This document shows, in pieces, positions 34,708 through 43,667 of a stretch of 47,052 nt of DNA. The notes beneath the pieces are model-generated. The model searched no databases, had not been told where the DNA came from, and worked only from the letters and a program-made list of their open reading frames with translations. The position numbers and the translations under genes were made by a program. How positions within the stretch are numbered: the first letter of the stretch is position 1; each line of letters opens with the position of its first letter. The stretch lies in IMG/VR virus record IMGVR_UViG_3300032312_000611, positions 1-47,052 of that record; one strand, 5' to 3'. The DNA comes from a virus. Taxonomy: Duplodnaviria > Caudoviricetes.

Positions 34708-35468
34708 ACTTTTTCTGGTTTGAAAGATCAAATAAAACTAACATTAAAGAGTTAATGGTAAATTTAGAAGACCTTGGGTTTTTAGGTGTTTTATTTACAT
34801 ACTCTTTTTATAATAGCGACTATTTTGTAAAAATTGCAAATACAATAGATCCAGATAAAAAAATAAAATATATGATAGCAATAAGGCCATACGCTATTTC
34901 CCCGCAGTACCTATGTATGGTTAACAATGCATTTAATAAAATATCAAAAGATAGAATAATAATAAATCTTTTAACAGGCTGGATATATGATAGTGAAAAA
35001 CTTATTGGAGGAATACAAGGACCAGTAAATGATAATTCATCTAATATAGATAGGTCTAATTACTTAATAGAATATGTTAAAACTTTAACTGAAACTAAAA
35101 GTAAAATGCCTGATTTTTATGTTTCTGTAACTAATAAAATTTTATTTGACAATGTTTGTAATAATAAGGTAATAATTCCATATGATGTATACATAAAGAA
35201 TGAACTTAATCTTGATTACAATAAAACAATGATATCTATAGTTCCAGTAATCAGAGAAACAGAAGAAGAGTTGCTTAATTTAAAAAAGATAAAATTAGAA
35301 CAATCAGATGTATTTTATTTTACCGTAAATGAATTTAAAGAGTTTATAAATAGTTTAGAATTAAAAAACATCAATAATATTTTAATGGGTCACAACGATG
35401 GTGATCAAGAGTCTAAAAAACAAATAATGAGTTTTGTTGGTAGTTTTACCAACAAAGGAAAAAAATAA
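34704..35468 (+). CDS. Luciferase-like monooxygenase paralog 2
   Basis: GFLGVLFTY...YMIAIRPYAISPQY...DRIIINLLTG; TTGA overlap. Confidence 0.6.
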   Translation: MNFFWFERSNKTNIKELMVNLEDLGFLGVLFTYSFYNSDYFVKIANTIDPDKKIKYMIAIRPYAISPQYLCMVNNAFNKISKDRIIINLLTGWIYDSEKLIGGIQGPVNDNSSNIDRSNYLIEYVKTLTETKSKMPDFYVSVTNKILFDNVCNNKVIIPYDVYIKNELNLDYNKTMISIVPVIRETEEELLNLKKIKLEQSDVFYFTVNEFKEFINSLELKNINNILMGHNDGDQESKKQIMSFVGSFTNKGKK

Positions 35469-35481
35469 CCTAGGAGGAAAA

Positions 35482-35748
35482 ATGGAAAAAGTAATAAACG
35501 ATAAGACAAAGGCAATGCTAGCGTCATATGGTCGCTCAGTTCTTGCATCAGGTCTTGCACTATACATGGCAGGCGTAACAGATCCAAAGGATCTATGGGC
35601 TGCACTAGTTGCTGCTATAGCACCCGTTGCATTGAGAGCGCTCAATCCAAATGATAAAGCGTTTGGTATTTTACCTGATGCTGCTGAAGTTGCAAAGGCT
35701 TTAAAGGCTGCAAAAGCACCAGCAAAAAAGGCTGCTAAAAAGAAGTAA
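35482..35748 (+). CDS. Holin-like membrane protein with Lys/Ala tail
   Basis: SYGRSVLA...ALRALNPNDKAFG; two hydrophobic helices; AGGAGG RBS. Confidence 0.6.
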   Translation: MEKVINDKTKAMLASYGRSVLASGLALYMAGVTDPKDLWAALVAAIAPVALRALNPNDKAFGILPDAAEVAKALKAAKAPAKKAAKKK

Positions 35749-35764
35749 CAATCTTCTATAAGAT

Positions 35765-35797
35765 AGCCAGTCTAGAAATAGGCTGGCTTTTCTTTTT
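35765..35797 (+). terminator. Intrinsic terminator at the convergent junction
   Basis: AGCCAGTCTA-GAAA-TAGGCTGGCT followed by TTTCTTTTT. Confidence 0.85.
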
Positions 35798-36830
35798 ATT
35801 CATTTATAATATTTAACCATTTATCTTTTAACACTTCAATAGAAAAATTATTAAAGCCTATTTTTACAGCCTCTTCTTTTATTTTAACTTTATCATTAAC
35901 TATATACTCATCAATTAATTTTGCTAATTTATCTGGGTAGGCTTCATAAATATTCACCATTGTTTTTGTATTAAACTTACCTATTTTTTTTGAATCTACT
36001 AACCATTCTTTTGGAAGTATCTCATTATTAGGCGATACATCTGTCATAAAAACTGGAATACCACTAATCAAGGCCTCATTCATTGGCAAACATAATCCAG
36101 CATATCTTCTTGGTAATACCATTGCATCAAAATTATCGTATAAGTCTGACCTGTTTTGTACATTTGATTTAATTATTTTTAATCTTTTATCTTTTACATT
36201 AAACTCTAAAGGGGTTTGTGTTGTAATAACTAACTCATAATCTGCCTTAGAATATTGAAGCATTTCAATAACAGTATTTGTTCCATTTCTATCTTTTGCT
36301 GCTTTTTTGCCAGCAACATGCAAGATACGGTTATGAGTTTTACGTAAGTTGTTATATCTTACACTGTCAAATATTGAAGTATTTGTTGGTGGCGGAAGGT
36401 GGACTACTTTAGTTATAGATCCAAACCTTTCTTTAACTATTTCTATATTCCATAAACTTGGAGCAATCAGCACATCTGGCAGTAGCCACTCTGGATTTGA
36501 CATATTTCCAAATAATTCATAGTTGTATTGAAGTATAGTTTTAATATTTTTTTGTCTAGCAAGGCTAATTAAATCAGCATGGTAAAACGTTTCACAACTT
36601 ATAACTACGTCAATGTTTTCTAAAAATGATATTACTTCTTTTGTACTGGGCATACCCCTTAAAGTTTTAATAACATTATAGTTGTCATACCACTCTGGGT
36701 GCTGCTTGTTGTTGTTAAAAAAAGAGGAATCAATAAGTAAAATCTTATCTGGATTAAGCATGTCAACTAACTCTTTAGTTTGATTACCGAGGCCAGTATT
36801 GTCTGATCTTGCTATGATTCCTAGTCTCAT
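35796..36830 (-). CDS. GT-B glycosyltransferase (GT4-like)
   Basis: TGLG N-terminal loop; DAMVLPRRYAGLCLPMNEALISGIPVFMTD. Confidence 0.8.
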   Translation of the reverse strand: MRLGIIARSDNTGLGNQTKELVDMLNPDKILLIDSSFFNNNKQHPEWYDNYNVIKTLRGMPSTKEVISFLENIDVVISCETFYHADLISLARQKNIKTILQYNYELFGNMSNPEWLLPDVLIAPSLWNIEIVKERFGSITKVVHLPPPTNTSIFDSVRYNNLRKTHNRILHVAGKKAAKDRNGTNTVIEMLQYSKADYELVITTQTPLEFNVKDKRLKIIKSNVQNRSDLYDNFDAMVLPRRYAGLCLPMNEALISGIPVFMTDVSPNNEILPKEWLVDSKKIGKFNTKTMVNIYEAYPDKLAKLIDEYIVNDKVKIKEEAVKIGFNNFSIEVLKDKWLNIINE

Positions 36831-37588
36831 TCGGAATACCCCCAAGTTTCATCGTCTGCCGTAAATTTACGGGTACCTTGACGACCATCTAAATGATAAG
36901 AACTCTTAATGCTGCCTTCAGGATGATAGATCCAAAGTTTGTGTATTTCCCAGCCCTCTTGACTAAATACATCGTATGGAGCAATATCATCTTGAATTGC
37001 CCCATGAAATGTATCTTCTATAAAAAATTTATCCTTGCATCTTGGAAGAACAATATCTCTATAATATTTTTTTCTACTTAGGTGTGGTCTCTGACTCCAT
37101 TGCATAGTTTTCATAAAACCATCCTCTAAACCAAACATAAGATGTTTGTGATCTTCGGGTATGTGTGATTCAAAATGAAAACGAATAGTGTTAGCCTTAT
37201 TATACTCAAACATATCTAAACATTTATTCCAATCTATCAAGACGTCTGGTGTAAGCGGGGCATCTCCTTCAATGTAAAGTAATAGTGGTGTTTTAATTTC
37301 TTTAATTGTTTGACGCATCATTGTGGTTTGATGACTATGTTCTTTAAATATAAAAGGTAGAATATTTTTATCTTTATGCAAACATTTCCATAAAATACGA
37401 TTCTTGTATTCATCATAATCTTTTTTACGATTTTGCTGTTCTTCTCTAAGACCATCTATTTGCATAATAATTTCGTTGTCTGGAAAATGAACACGAACAT
37501 CATTAATAGTTTTATCTATTGTTTCTGTGCTTGGATGGTTTGGAAGCACAGATGTAGCCATAACAATTGTTATATCTTTTTTATGCAT
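36827..37588 (-). CDS. GT-A-like glycosyltransferase
   Basis: ITIVMATS, IMQIDG, LLLYIEGD (DxD-like), WSQRPH, YHLDGR. Confidence 0.6.
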   Translation of the reverse strand: MHKKDITIVMATSVLPNHPSTETIDKTINDVRVHFPDNEIIMQIDGLREEQQNRKKDYDEYKNRILWKCLHKDKNILPFIFKEHSHQTTMMRQTIKEIKTPLLLYIEGDAPLTPDVLIDWNKCLDMFEYNKANTIRFHFESHIPEDHKHLMFGLEDGFMKTMQWSQRPHLSRKKYYRDIVLPRCKDKFFIEDTFHGAIQDDIAPYDVFSQEGWEIHKLWIYHPEGSIKSSYHLDGRQGTRKFTADDETWGYSE

Positions 37589-38435
37589 TTAATTGGTCCA
37601 TTAAATTAATAAATAAATCTCTTTTATATTTAATCCACCAACAAACAACTTGATGCATTTCAGATGTGTAGTTATTTAATAATTCAGGTAATAGGTCAGG
37701 CAATTGCTGCCAATTTTCAAGAGTTTTTACTGAATGAGTATCTTCAAATAAAAAGTTAAAAAAATCTGTATTTTGCATTTTTGAATCTAACCTATCTCCT
37801 ATTGGTAAGCAAAGCATTTCAATTGCTTCATAAAATCTAAATGAATCAATAACCATTGCTCCGCTAGGACAAGGAACAATTTTTGAATTAAACATTTTAT
37901 GATAATAATCTTTTGGTTTTAATCCTTCTGCAAATCCAGTTGTTGGATTATAAAAAGAGTTAGGTATGTTAGGCATAACAGTTGCAAGTTCTTTTCTTCT
38001 TTGATGAGTTATTTGACCTGCAAAAAATAAATCATAAATCTTATCTTCATACTTTGGTAAGTATCTATGTAAATCTCTTGGTACACCCAATGCTAATTTA
38101 TTATATTGTGCATGTTTCCTGTGTGGATATTGAATCCAAATTTCAATATTTTTATGTTTAATTTTATTAATTTTAAATGTAGCACTTTCATCTCCAGTAA
38201 TAAATAAAATTACCCTATCTATTTTATTTAACTCTTCAGATATTTGATCTTCATAATCTACATTTTGTGGTCCAGGAATAACAACAAAAGCCCTATCTAC
38301 GTTAGGCAGGGTTGTTACTCTTTTTGGTTTTATAACATTTTTATTAAAAAATTCTTTTAATAATCCGTAATCCCATTTATCAGCAGCACAATCTTCTTGT
38401 TTAACTGAATAAAGATATGCTTTAAGATCGTTCAT
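37581..38435 (-). CDS. Exostosin (GT47)-like glycosyltransferase
   Basis: YDLFFAGQ...RR...SKIVPCPSG...RFYEAI...CLPI. Confidence 0.7.
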   Translation of the reverse strand: MNDLKAYLYSVKQEDCAADKWDYGLLKEFFNKNVIKPKRVTTLPNVDRAFVVIPGPQNVDYEDQISEELNKIDRVILFITGDESATFKINKIKHKNIEIWIQYPHRKHAQYNKLALGVPRDLHRYLPKYEDKIYDLFFAGQITHQRRKELATVMPNIPNSFYNPTTGFAEGLKPKDYYHKMFNSKIVPCPSGAMVIDSFRFYEAIEMLCLPIGDRLDSKMQNTDFFNFLFEDTHSVKTLENWQQLPDLLPELLNNYTSEMHQVVCWWIKYKRDLFINLMDQLNA

Positions 38436-39135
38436 AAAATAAGTGTACCTCATGCTGATAGTCAAGCAATGTTTCTTTATAGCCAATACCCTTAATAAAC
38501 TGTCTTAAATCATGCAAGTATTCTTTCCAATACATCATCATAAATTCTGGGTGTCCAGATAGCCAAATCTTAGGTTTGTGGTCTCTAAGGACCCTCTCAG
38601 CCCCTCCTAGGACCCTCCATTCACTACCCTCAACATCAAGAGAAATTGCAGTAGGTGGCTTCATTCCTTTTTCATAAACAAGCGTGTCAATTTTTGTTTG
38701 ACCATATTTATCTGCTTCATACTGAAGTTCTTTAAATCCATGAGCAGCCTCAATCGGAGCATCTGCTTCTGGTGGAAACTCGCCATAATAAATACGTGCA
38801 AGTTTGTTGTCTTTATCTGATGCAAAACCAGGTATGCAGGCAAGAGGCATTTCTAAATTATTAGCACTCCAAAGCAAAGGAAAGTGTGACCAAACTTTTG
38901 GATTAGGTTCAAATAAAACTACTTCTGCTCCCCACATTTGACATAGGGCAGGCATCTCTCCTTCTTCTGCTCCAACATAGTAAACAACATCGCCTTTACC
39001 AATATTTTCATGCATTGATTTTAATCTAATTTTTTCCCAACCATGTGGTTGATACCATTCTGGTCTATCTGCACGATGCCTTGGTAACATTATTTCAAAT
39101 TCCCCGTTAACAGTAGCCTTAATCATTTCAGTCAT
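38422..39135 (-). CDS. FkbM-family SAM methyltransferase
   Basis: VVYYVGAEEG, VLFEPNP, ISLDVEGSEWRVLGG. Confidence 0.8.
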   Translation of the reverse strand: MTEMIKATVNGEFEIMLPRHRADRPEWYQPHGWEKIRLKSMHENIGKGDVVYYVGAEEGEMPALCQMWGAEVVLFEPNPKVWSHFPLLWSANNLEMPLACIPGFASDKDNKLARIYYGEFPPEADAPIEAAHGFKELQYEADKYGQTKIDTLVYEKGMKPPTAISLDVEGSEWRVLGGAERVLRDHKPKIWLSGHPEFMMMYWKEYLHDLRQFIKGIGYKETLLDYQHEVHLFYERS

Positions 39136-40015
39136 TTTGTATCCACTCTACTAATGATACCTTTGGTATCCATCCAGTTAGATCTTTAAACTTGGCGTTA
39201 GAGGCAAGAGTTTCTTGCACCTCACCAATTCTTGGCGGTATAAATTTAATATCATTTGAAATCATATTAGCAATATCAAGTATAGAGTAGTTACTTCCAT
39301 ACCCAATGTTATATACTTCTCCAAATCCATTTTCAACCTTAGATGCAAGGATGTTTGCTTCTATTACATCTGATATGTGAGTAAAATCTCTACGCTGAGA
39401 TCCATTTCCAACTACCGTTAATGGCTTTGACTCATGATATTGTTTTAAAAATAGTCCTATTACTGGTGCGTATTGACCCTTTAATGGTTGTCTATCTCCA
39501 TAAACATTAAAATATCTAAGAGATATAGTCTTTAGTCCATAAAGATTGTAGTAAACTCTTGCGAGGTTTTCACCAAAAACTTTAGCAGCAGAGTATGGAG
39601 TTAATGGATCAGGTGATTGTGTCTCCTGGTTTGGAAGCAAAGCCTTTTTGCCATAAGAAGAGGATGTGCTTGAATAGATTAGTCTATCTACCTTGTTAAC
39701 CCTACAAAGTTCAAGAACATTGGCTGTTCCAACTGCATTTGATTGAATAGATTTTTTAGGGTTTAATATTGCTGGCTGTATTCTTGCATCAGATGCTACG
39801 TGAAATACGCAGTCAACATCTTTAAAAAGTGGTGCAATTAATTCATAGTCACAAATATCATACTTATAGTTTTGTGCTTTATCATTCCAATAGAATTGTT
39901 CATGACACTCTGCAGACTCATCATCAACACAAATAACATCATGACCAAGACTAATTAATTTATCAACAAGGTTTGATCCAATAAAACCAGCACCACCAGT
40001 AACTAAATATTTCAT
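39128..40015 (-). CDS. NAD-dependent nucleotide-sugar epimerase/dehydratase
   Basis: TGGAGFIGS, SSTSSSYG, YSAAK, LRYFNVYG, RDFTHISD. Confidence 0.92.
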   Translation of the reverse strand: MKYLVTGGAGFIGSNLVDKLISLGHDVICVDDESAECHEQFYWNDKAQNYKYDICDYELIAPLFKDVDCVFHVASDARIQPAILNPKKSIQSNAVGTANVLELCRVNKVDRLIYSSTSSSYGKKALLPNQETQSPDPLTPYSAAKVFGENLARVYYNLYGLKTISLRYFNVYGDRQPLKGQYAPVIGLFLKQYHESKPLTVVGNGSQRRDFTHISDVIEANILASKVENGFGEVYNIGYGSNYSILDIANMISNDIKFIPPRIGEVQETLASNAKFKDLTGWIPKVSLVEWIQND

Positions 40016-40980
40016 TTTATGTTTAGAGTTTCTAATATGTTAGCCCATCTGTGAACATACGTATGTTCTTTTTTAGTTCTTTCGTGTCCGTTAAGTCTGA
40101 TTGCTTCTCTTGATACCCCGTCCAACAAGTACTTATCTATTTTAGTTTTTAGATCTTTAAGGTTGCCGTGTTCATAAAATACAATTTCATTTTCATCCTT
40201 AAAATATTCTTCAAGACCTTTAATGCGAGGGTAGATAGTAAAACCGCCACGACCAGTGCTTTCAAACAACCTATCACTAGTGTAGTACGGATAGTTAAAG
40301 TTAATGTTTAAACTATCACCTATGGCTACTTTGCTTCTTGCATAAATGCGATTGAGCGCTTCCCCACGCACAGTTCCAGTATCTCCATCGCCACCAACGT
40401 GTAGGAATCTTTTACCGTATGTTTTTCGTAAAAAGTCTATTAATTGTGGACGGTACTTATGCTCATGATGATATCCTCTGCTACCAACAAAGATTATGTC
40501 ATGCTCAAAATTGTGTGGATCATAATCTTGATGAACATAACATTCTTTATCATACACACCAGCAGGCAGAAAGTGTCCTTTAACTTCTGTATTTTCATTA
40601 AACCAATCACACATTAACTTATCTGTAGCAAAAAAATGACCTATGTTTGTGTAAAAGTCATCATTCTTTAAATCTTTTTCACGCTCAATTCCAAACCATA
40701 AATCCAAATGATAGGTCATAGTTGGTATGCTAACAGCCTTTAATTCTTTTAATACATCTGTCATTGTTCTAGATCCTGGGGTTTGCCATCTATGTGTGTG
40801 TACCCAGATAAATAGATTAGATTTTAATGCTGCGTTTAATATTTCTGTGCTACCTGCTTTTTTTTCTTGCAGTTTTTGCACGGTATGCCCAAGAGATTCC
40901 AAAGACTTAGCATGGTGATTTTCACTACTATAAGGCACCTCAAAGTTACCAAGAAATACTATATTAGCCAAGGATCCCAC
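40012..40980 (-). CDS. CgeB-like glycosyltransferase (start may be TTG 40971)
   Basis: DIIFVGS, SDRLFESTGRGGF, EHTYVHRW. Confidence 0.8.
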   Translation of the reverse strand: MGSLANIVFLGNFEVPYSSENHHAKSLESLGHTVQKLQEKKAGSTEILNAALKSNLFIWVHTHRWQTPGSRTMTDVLKELKAVSIPTMTYHLDLWFGIEREKDLKNDDFYTNIGHFFATDKLMCDWFNENTEVKGHFLPAGVYDKECYVHQDYDPHNFEHDIIFVGSRGYHHEHKYRPQLIDFLRKTYGKRFLHVGGDGDTGTVRGEALNRIYARSKVAIGDSLNINFNYPYYTSDRLFESTGRGGFTIYPRIKGLEEYFKDENEIVFYEHGNLKDLKTKIDKYLLDGVSREAIRLNGHERTKKEHTYVHRWANILETLNIK

Positions 40981-40998
40981 CTGTTCTATGTTTATAAC

Positions 40999-41021
40999 AG
41001 TATACCAGATTCTGATATACT
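40999..41021. promoter_or_regulatory. Back-to-back divergent extended -10 promoters
   Basis: AGTATACCAGATTCTGATATACT: TGGTATACT on the minus strand and TGATATACT on the plus strand. Confidence 0.7.
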
Positions 41022-41042
41022 TGTAAGAAAGCGGGGTATTTA

Positions 41043-41732
41043 ATGGATTTTGTTTACATTTGTCGTGATGGAGAAAATGAAGAGTTAAGATACTCTATTA
41101 GGTCCGTCTTACTTAGTTTTCCAGAAGCAAAGGTTTGGGTAGTAGGTGGAAAACCAAAATGGTATTCTGGTAATCATGTTTTTTTAGAACAAAATGATAA
41201 CAAATATGCTAATGCTGTAAATAATTTAAAGGCTGTTTGCAATACCTCAGATATATCTGATAATTTTATATTAATGAATGATGATTTTTTTATTATTAAA
41301 AAAATAGAAACAATAGAACAATTTTACAATGGGCTGTTGTCTGAAAAAATAGATAAGTTTACAAAGATTACTGGATCATCAATGTATATTAGAAAACTTA
41401 TAACAACAAACAATAAATTAAACAAGTTGGGGTTTACAAAGCCATTAGACTATGAATTACACGTACCAATGCCAATGGATAAAACGGGATTACTTTATAT
41501 ATTAAACCATTATCCAGAATGTTTATGGAGGTCAATGTATGGTAATTTATTTAATGTTAAGGGAAGTAAAATGGAAGATGTTAAGGTATATAAAAATAAA
41601 AGGCATGCTGCAAGATCAGCAGAGATAACTAAAAACTCTATCTATTTATCAACAGAAGATACAGGTTTAAGTTTAATGGTTGAAAATATATTTAAAGAAT
41701 TGCTAACAAAACCTAGCCCTTACGAACAATAA
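41043..41732 (+). CDS. Stealth-like (hexose-1-phosphate transferase-like) protein
   Basis: MDFVY, EELRYSIRSV, FILMNDDFF, HVPMP. Confidence 0.7.
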   Translation: MDFVYICRDGENEELRYSIRSVLLSFPEAKVWVVGGKPKWYSGNHVFLEQNDNKYANAVNNLKAVCNTSDISDNFILMNDDFFIIKKIETIEQFYNGLLSEKIDKFTKITGSSMYIRKLITTNNKLNKLGFTKPLDYELHVPMPMDKTGLLYILNHYPECLWRSMYGNLFNVKGSKMEDVKVYKNKRHAARSAEITKNSIYLSTEDTGLSLMVENIFKELLTKPSPYEQ

Positions 41733-41734
41733 GG

Positions 41735-42517
41735 CTATTCCCACTCGGCTAACTGATTATATGTAACTGAGTATTCTCCAGAGTATATCTCTGCATATGA
41801 AATCATATCCTTGTTATATGTCTTTACCGTGTTTTTATCTACTAATCCTGTTTTATATTTTTTACCGTGAACAATAGGAAGATGCTGTATTTTTTGAGAT
41901 TGAAGCGCATCATTTAATGCTTGAATATATCTAGTTTTACCAAATTGTTTTGAAAGAAAAGATTGTTTTGGATATTCTTTTTCTATCCAAAGTCTTTCAA
42001 TGTGATCAGAAGGTCTTGGATTTAGTATTCGCTCTACTTCGTTATGATAAATTTTTAATCCCCACTCACGCATATTTCTTTCATATTTTATTAAATTTTT
42101 ATAGGTAGAATCTGCATAAGCCATAAAGTTTTTATCAAGATCAGATGTTAATACACCAGTTGCAAATGTTATTAAAAAGCAAGTAGCATAAGGAAATTTA
42201 TCTGTATACTTTATTATTTCAAAATGTAAATTTGGATTAAAAGAATTAATAGAAATATTGTCAGAAAGTAATCGCATATGGTTACCAATAGAAGCAAATT
42301 CTGGCGTATTCATATCACAATCTACAAAAAGACAATCTTCTGGATTAATTCCATCAGCAAGGGTTAAGATGTTTTTATCGTATGCGCCTACAACAGTTGA
42401 TCCATTGTATCGATTAATTAATTTAGCAGTCATAAATCCATCAATATCAGGAGAAATAATTAATTGTTTAGAATACTCTAACGTATCTAATATGCTAGTT
42501 TTTAAATTAGGTTCCAT
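41735..42517 (-). CDS. Degenerate DHH-family phosphoesterase
   Basis: SPDIDG, LFVD, IGNH in place of DHH, YADS; start ATG 42517. Confidence 0.55.
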   Translation of the reverse strand: MEPNLKTSILDTLEYSKQLIISPDIDGFMTAKLINRYNGSTVVGAYDKNILTLADGINPEDCLFVDCDMNTPEFASIGNHMRLLSDNISINSFNPNLHFEIIKYTDKFPYATCFLITFATGVLTSDLDKNFMAYADSTYKNLIKYERNMREWGLKIYHNEVERILNPRPSDHIERLWIEKEYPKQSFLSKQFGKTRYIQALNDALQSQKIQHLPIVHGKKYKTGLVDKNTVKTYNKDMISYAEIYSGEYSVTYNQLAEWE

Positions 42518-42518
42518 A

Positions 42519-42605
42519 TTAATCGTTGGTACTAAAAAATATTGCTGCAATAAAAATAATAACTATAGAGATTAAGGTGTTTTTAATAAAATTATTAAAT
42601 TTCAT
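42519..42605 (-). CDS. 28-aa single-TM microprotein, not in the ORF track
   Basis: MKFNNFIKNTLISIVIIFIAAIFFSTND; GAGGA RBS; fills the gap. Confidence 0.5.
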   Translation of the reverse strand: MKFNNFIKNTLISIVIIFIAAIFFSTND

Positions 42606-42807
42606 TTTGTCCTCTTGCTATTGCTGCAGATATTTGAAATGCTTTAGAAGTGCGACGAGACTTGTTAAGACCTTTGGCTTTCCAAAGATCACTGGTACCC
42701 TCAATGTCCTGAGCAATTTGTTCACGAATTTCTTTAACAGTCTCTACAATAAAATGCCAAATCTGTTCTTTATGTTCATCTGATAATTCTTCGGTCCATT
42801 TAGTCAT
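42595..42807 (-). CDS. Hypothetical protein
   Basis: MTKWTEEL...EIREQIAQDIE...AAIARG. Confidence 0.65.
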   Translation of the reverse strand: MTKWTEELSDEHKEQIWHFIVETVKEIREQIAQDIEGTSDLWKAKGLNKSRRTSKAFQISAAIARGQNEI

Positions 42808-42907
42808 TTTCTTCTTCAAACTCCCTTAATGCATTAGAATTGTTTAAACAAAATCCACAGTCGTTATTAAACAATTTACCACCACAACGACTACAATAAC
42901 TATTCAT
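42800..42907 (-). CDS. 35-aa zinc-ribbon microprotein, not in the ORF track
   Basis: MNSYCSRCGGKLFNNDCGFCLNN...; overlaps both neighbours by 8 nt. Confidence 0.6.
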   Translation of the reverse strand: MNSYCSRCGGKLFNNDCGFCLNNSNALREFEEEND

Positions 42908-42992
42908 AAAAAGATTCTACTAAGTTTGTCCATAGTTTCCACAAACTAAAAGAAATTAAAAATGCAATAAACATAGCAAGTAGTTTCTCCAT
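42900..42992 (-). CDS. 30-aa hydrophobic microprotein (leaderless), not in the ORF track
   Basis: MEKLLAMFIAFLISFSLWKLWTNLVESFYE; TGATATACT(43007-42999)-N6-ATG. Confidence 0.55.
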   Translation of the reverse strand: MEKLLAMFIAFLISFSLWKLWTNLVESFYE

Positions 42993-43023
42993 ATAATTAG
43001 TATATCAAGTTACATTTAAAAAG

Positions 43024-43260
43024 TCAAGAAACTAAGGTATATTTATCTTTTGATGAAGAAATATAGTAAGTCGCCCATTTATTTTGTGGTCTTTCAAAAA
43101 GACTGCCTATCTTAGCAAACACTTTTGCTTTTAATTTGTGGTTCTTTTTTTCAGACCTTATCTCTTTTAAAAGAAAAAAAGTAAAAATTGATCCAGAAAC
43201 ATTTCCAATAAATCTTAAAAGGATGTTATTGGTTTTTTCTTTCTTAATAGGTTTTATCAT
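43024..43260 (-). CDS. Small basic/membrane protein (leaderless)
   Basis: TATACT(43272-43267)-N6-ATG. Confidence 0.55.
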   Translation of the reverse strand: MIKPIKKEKTNNILLRFIGNVSGSIFTFFLLKEIRSEKKNHKLKAKVFAKIGSLFERPQNKWATYYISSSKDKYTLVS

Positions 43261-43289
43261 ATTAACAGTATACACCAAAACCATCTGGC

Positions 43290-43318
43290 TTGCATATACC
43301 TTGAAAATAGGATATAAT
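43290..43318 (+). promoter_or_regulatory. Promoter
   Basis: TTGCAT-N17-TATAAT, 8 nt before ATG 43327. Confidence 0.6.
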
Positions 43319-43326
43319 TAATCCAT

Positions 43327-43665
43327 ATGAGTATAAAAATGAAAACTCTGATTTGGGTGCAGGGATTGTTAATTCTAATCCTGTCTACCGTTTTATTATT
43401 TTTAGGTGGGGATTTAAAGCAGTCTCGCAAAATGGCGTTAGATCAATCTAATTACTGTATAAGATACACAAGTGATATTATTGCAAGCAGCCGTCTTGAT
43501 TTAATAAGAGAACAAGATGCCCATGTTCGAACGGTAGATAAGGCAAACTCCGTAATAGATGATATTGTTAATAGGTATAACTCACTTGCTGCACGGTATA
43601 ACAAAAGTACTGGTGGAACTAACTATGACCCACTTAACACATACTCTTATAGGATAAGACCTTAA
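43327..43665 (+). CDS. Membrane-anchored coiled-coil protein
   Basis: N-terminal TM; lone plus-strand gene with its own promoter. Confidence 0.65.
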   Translation: MSIKMKTLIWVQGLLILILSTVLLFLGGDLKQSRKMALDQSNYCIRYTSDIIASSRLDLIREQDAHVRTVDKANSVIDDIVNRYNSLAARYNKSTGGTNYDPLNTYSYRIRP

Positions 43666-43667
43666 TA

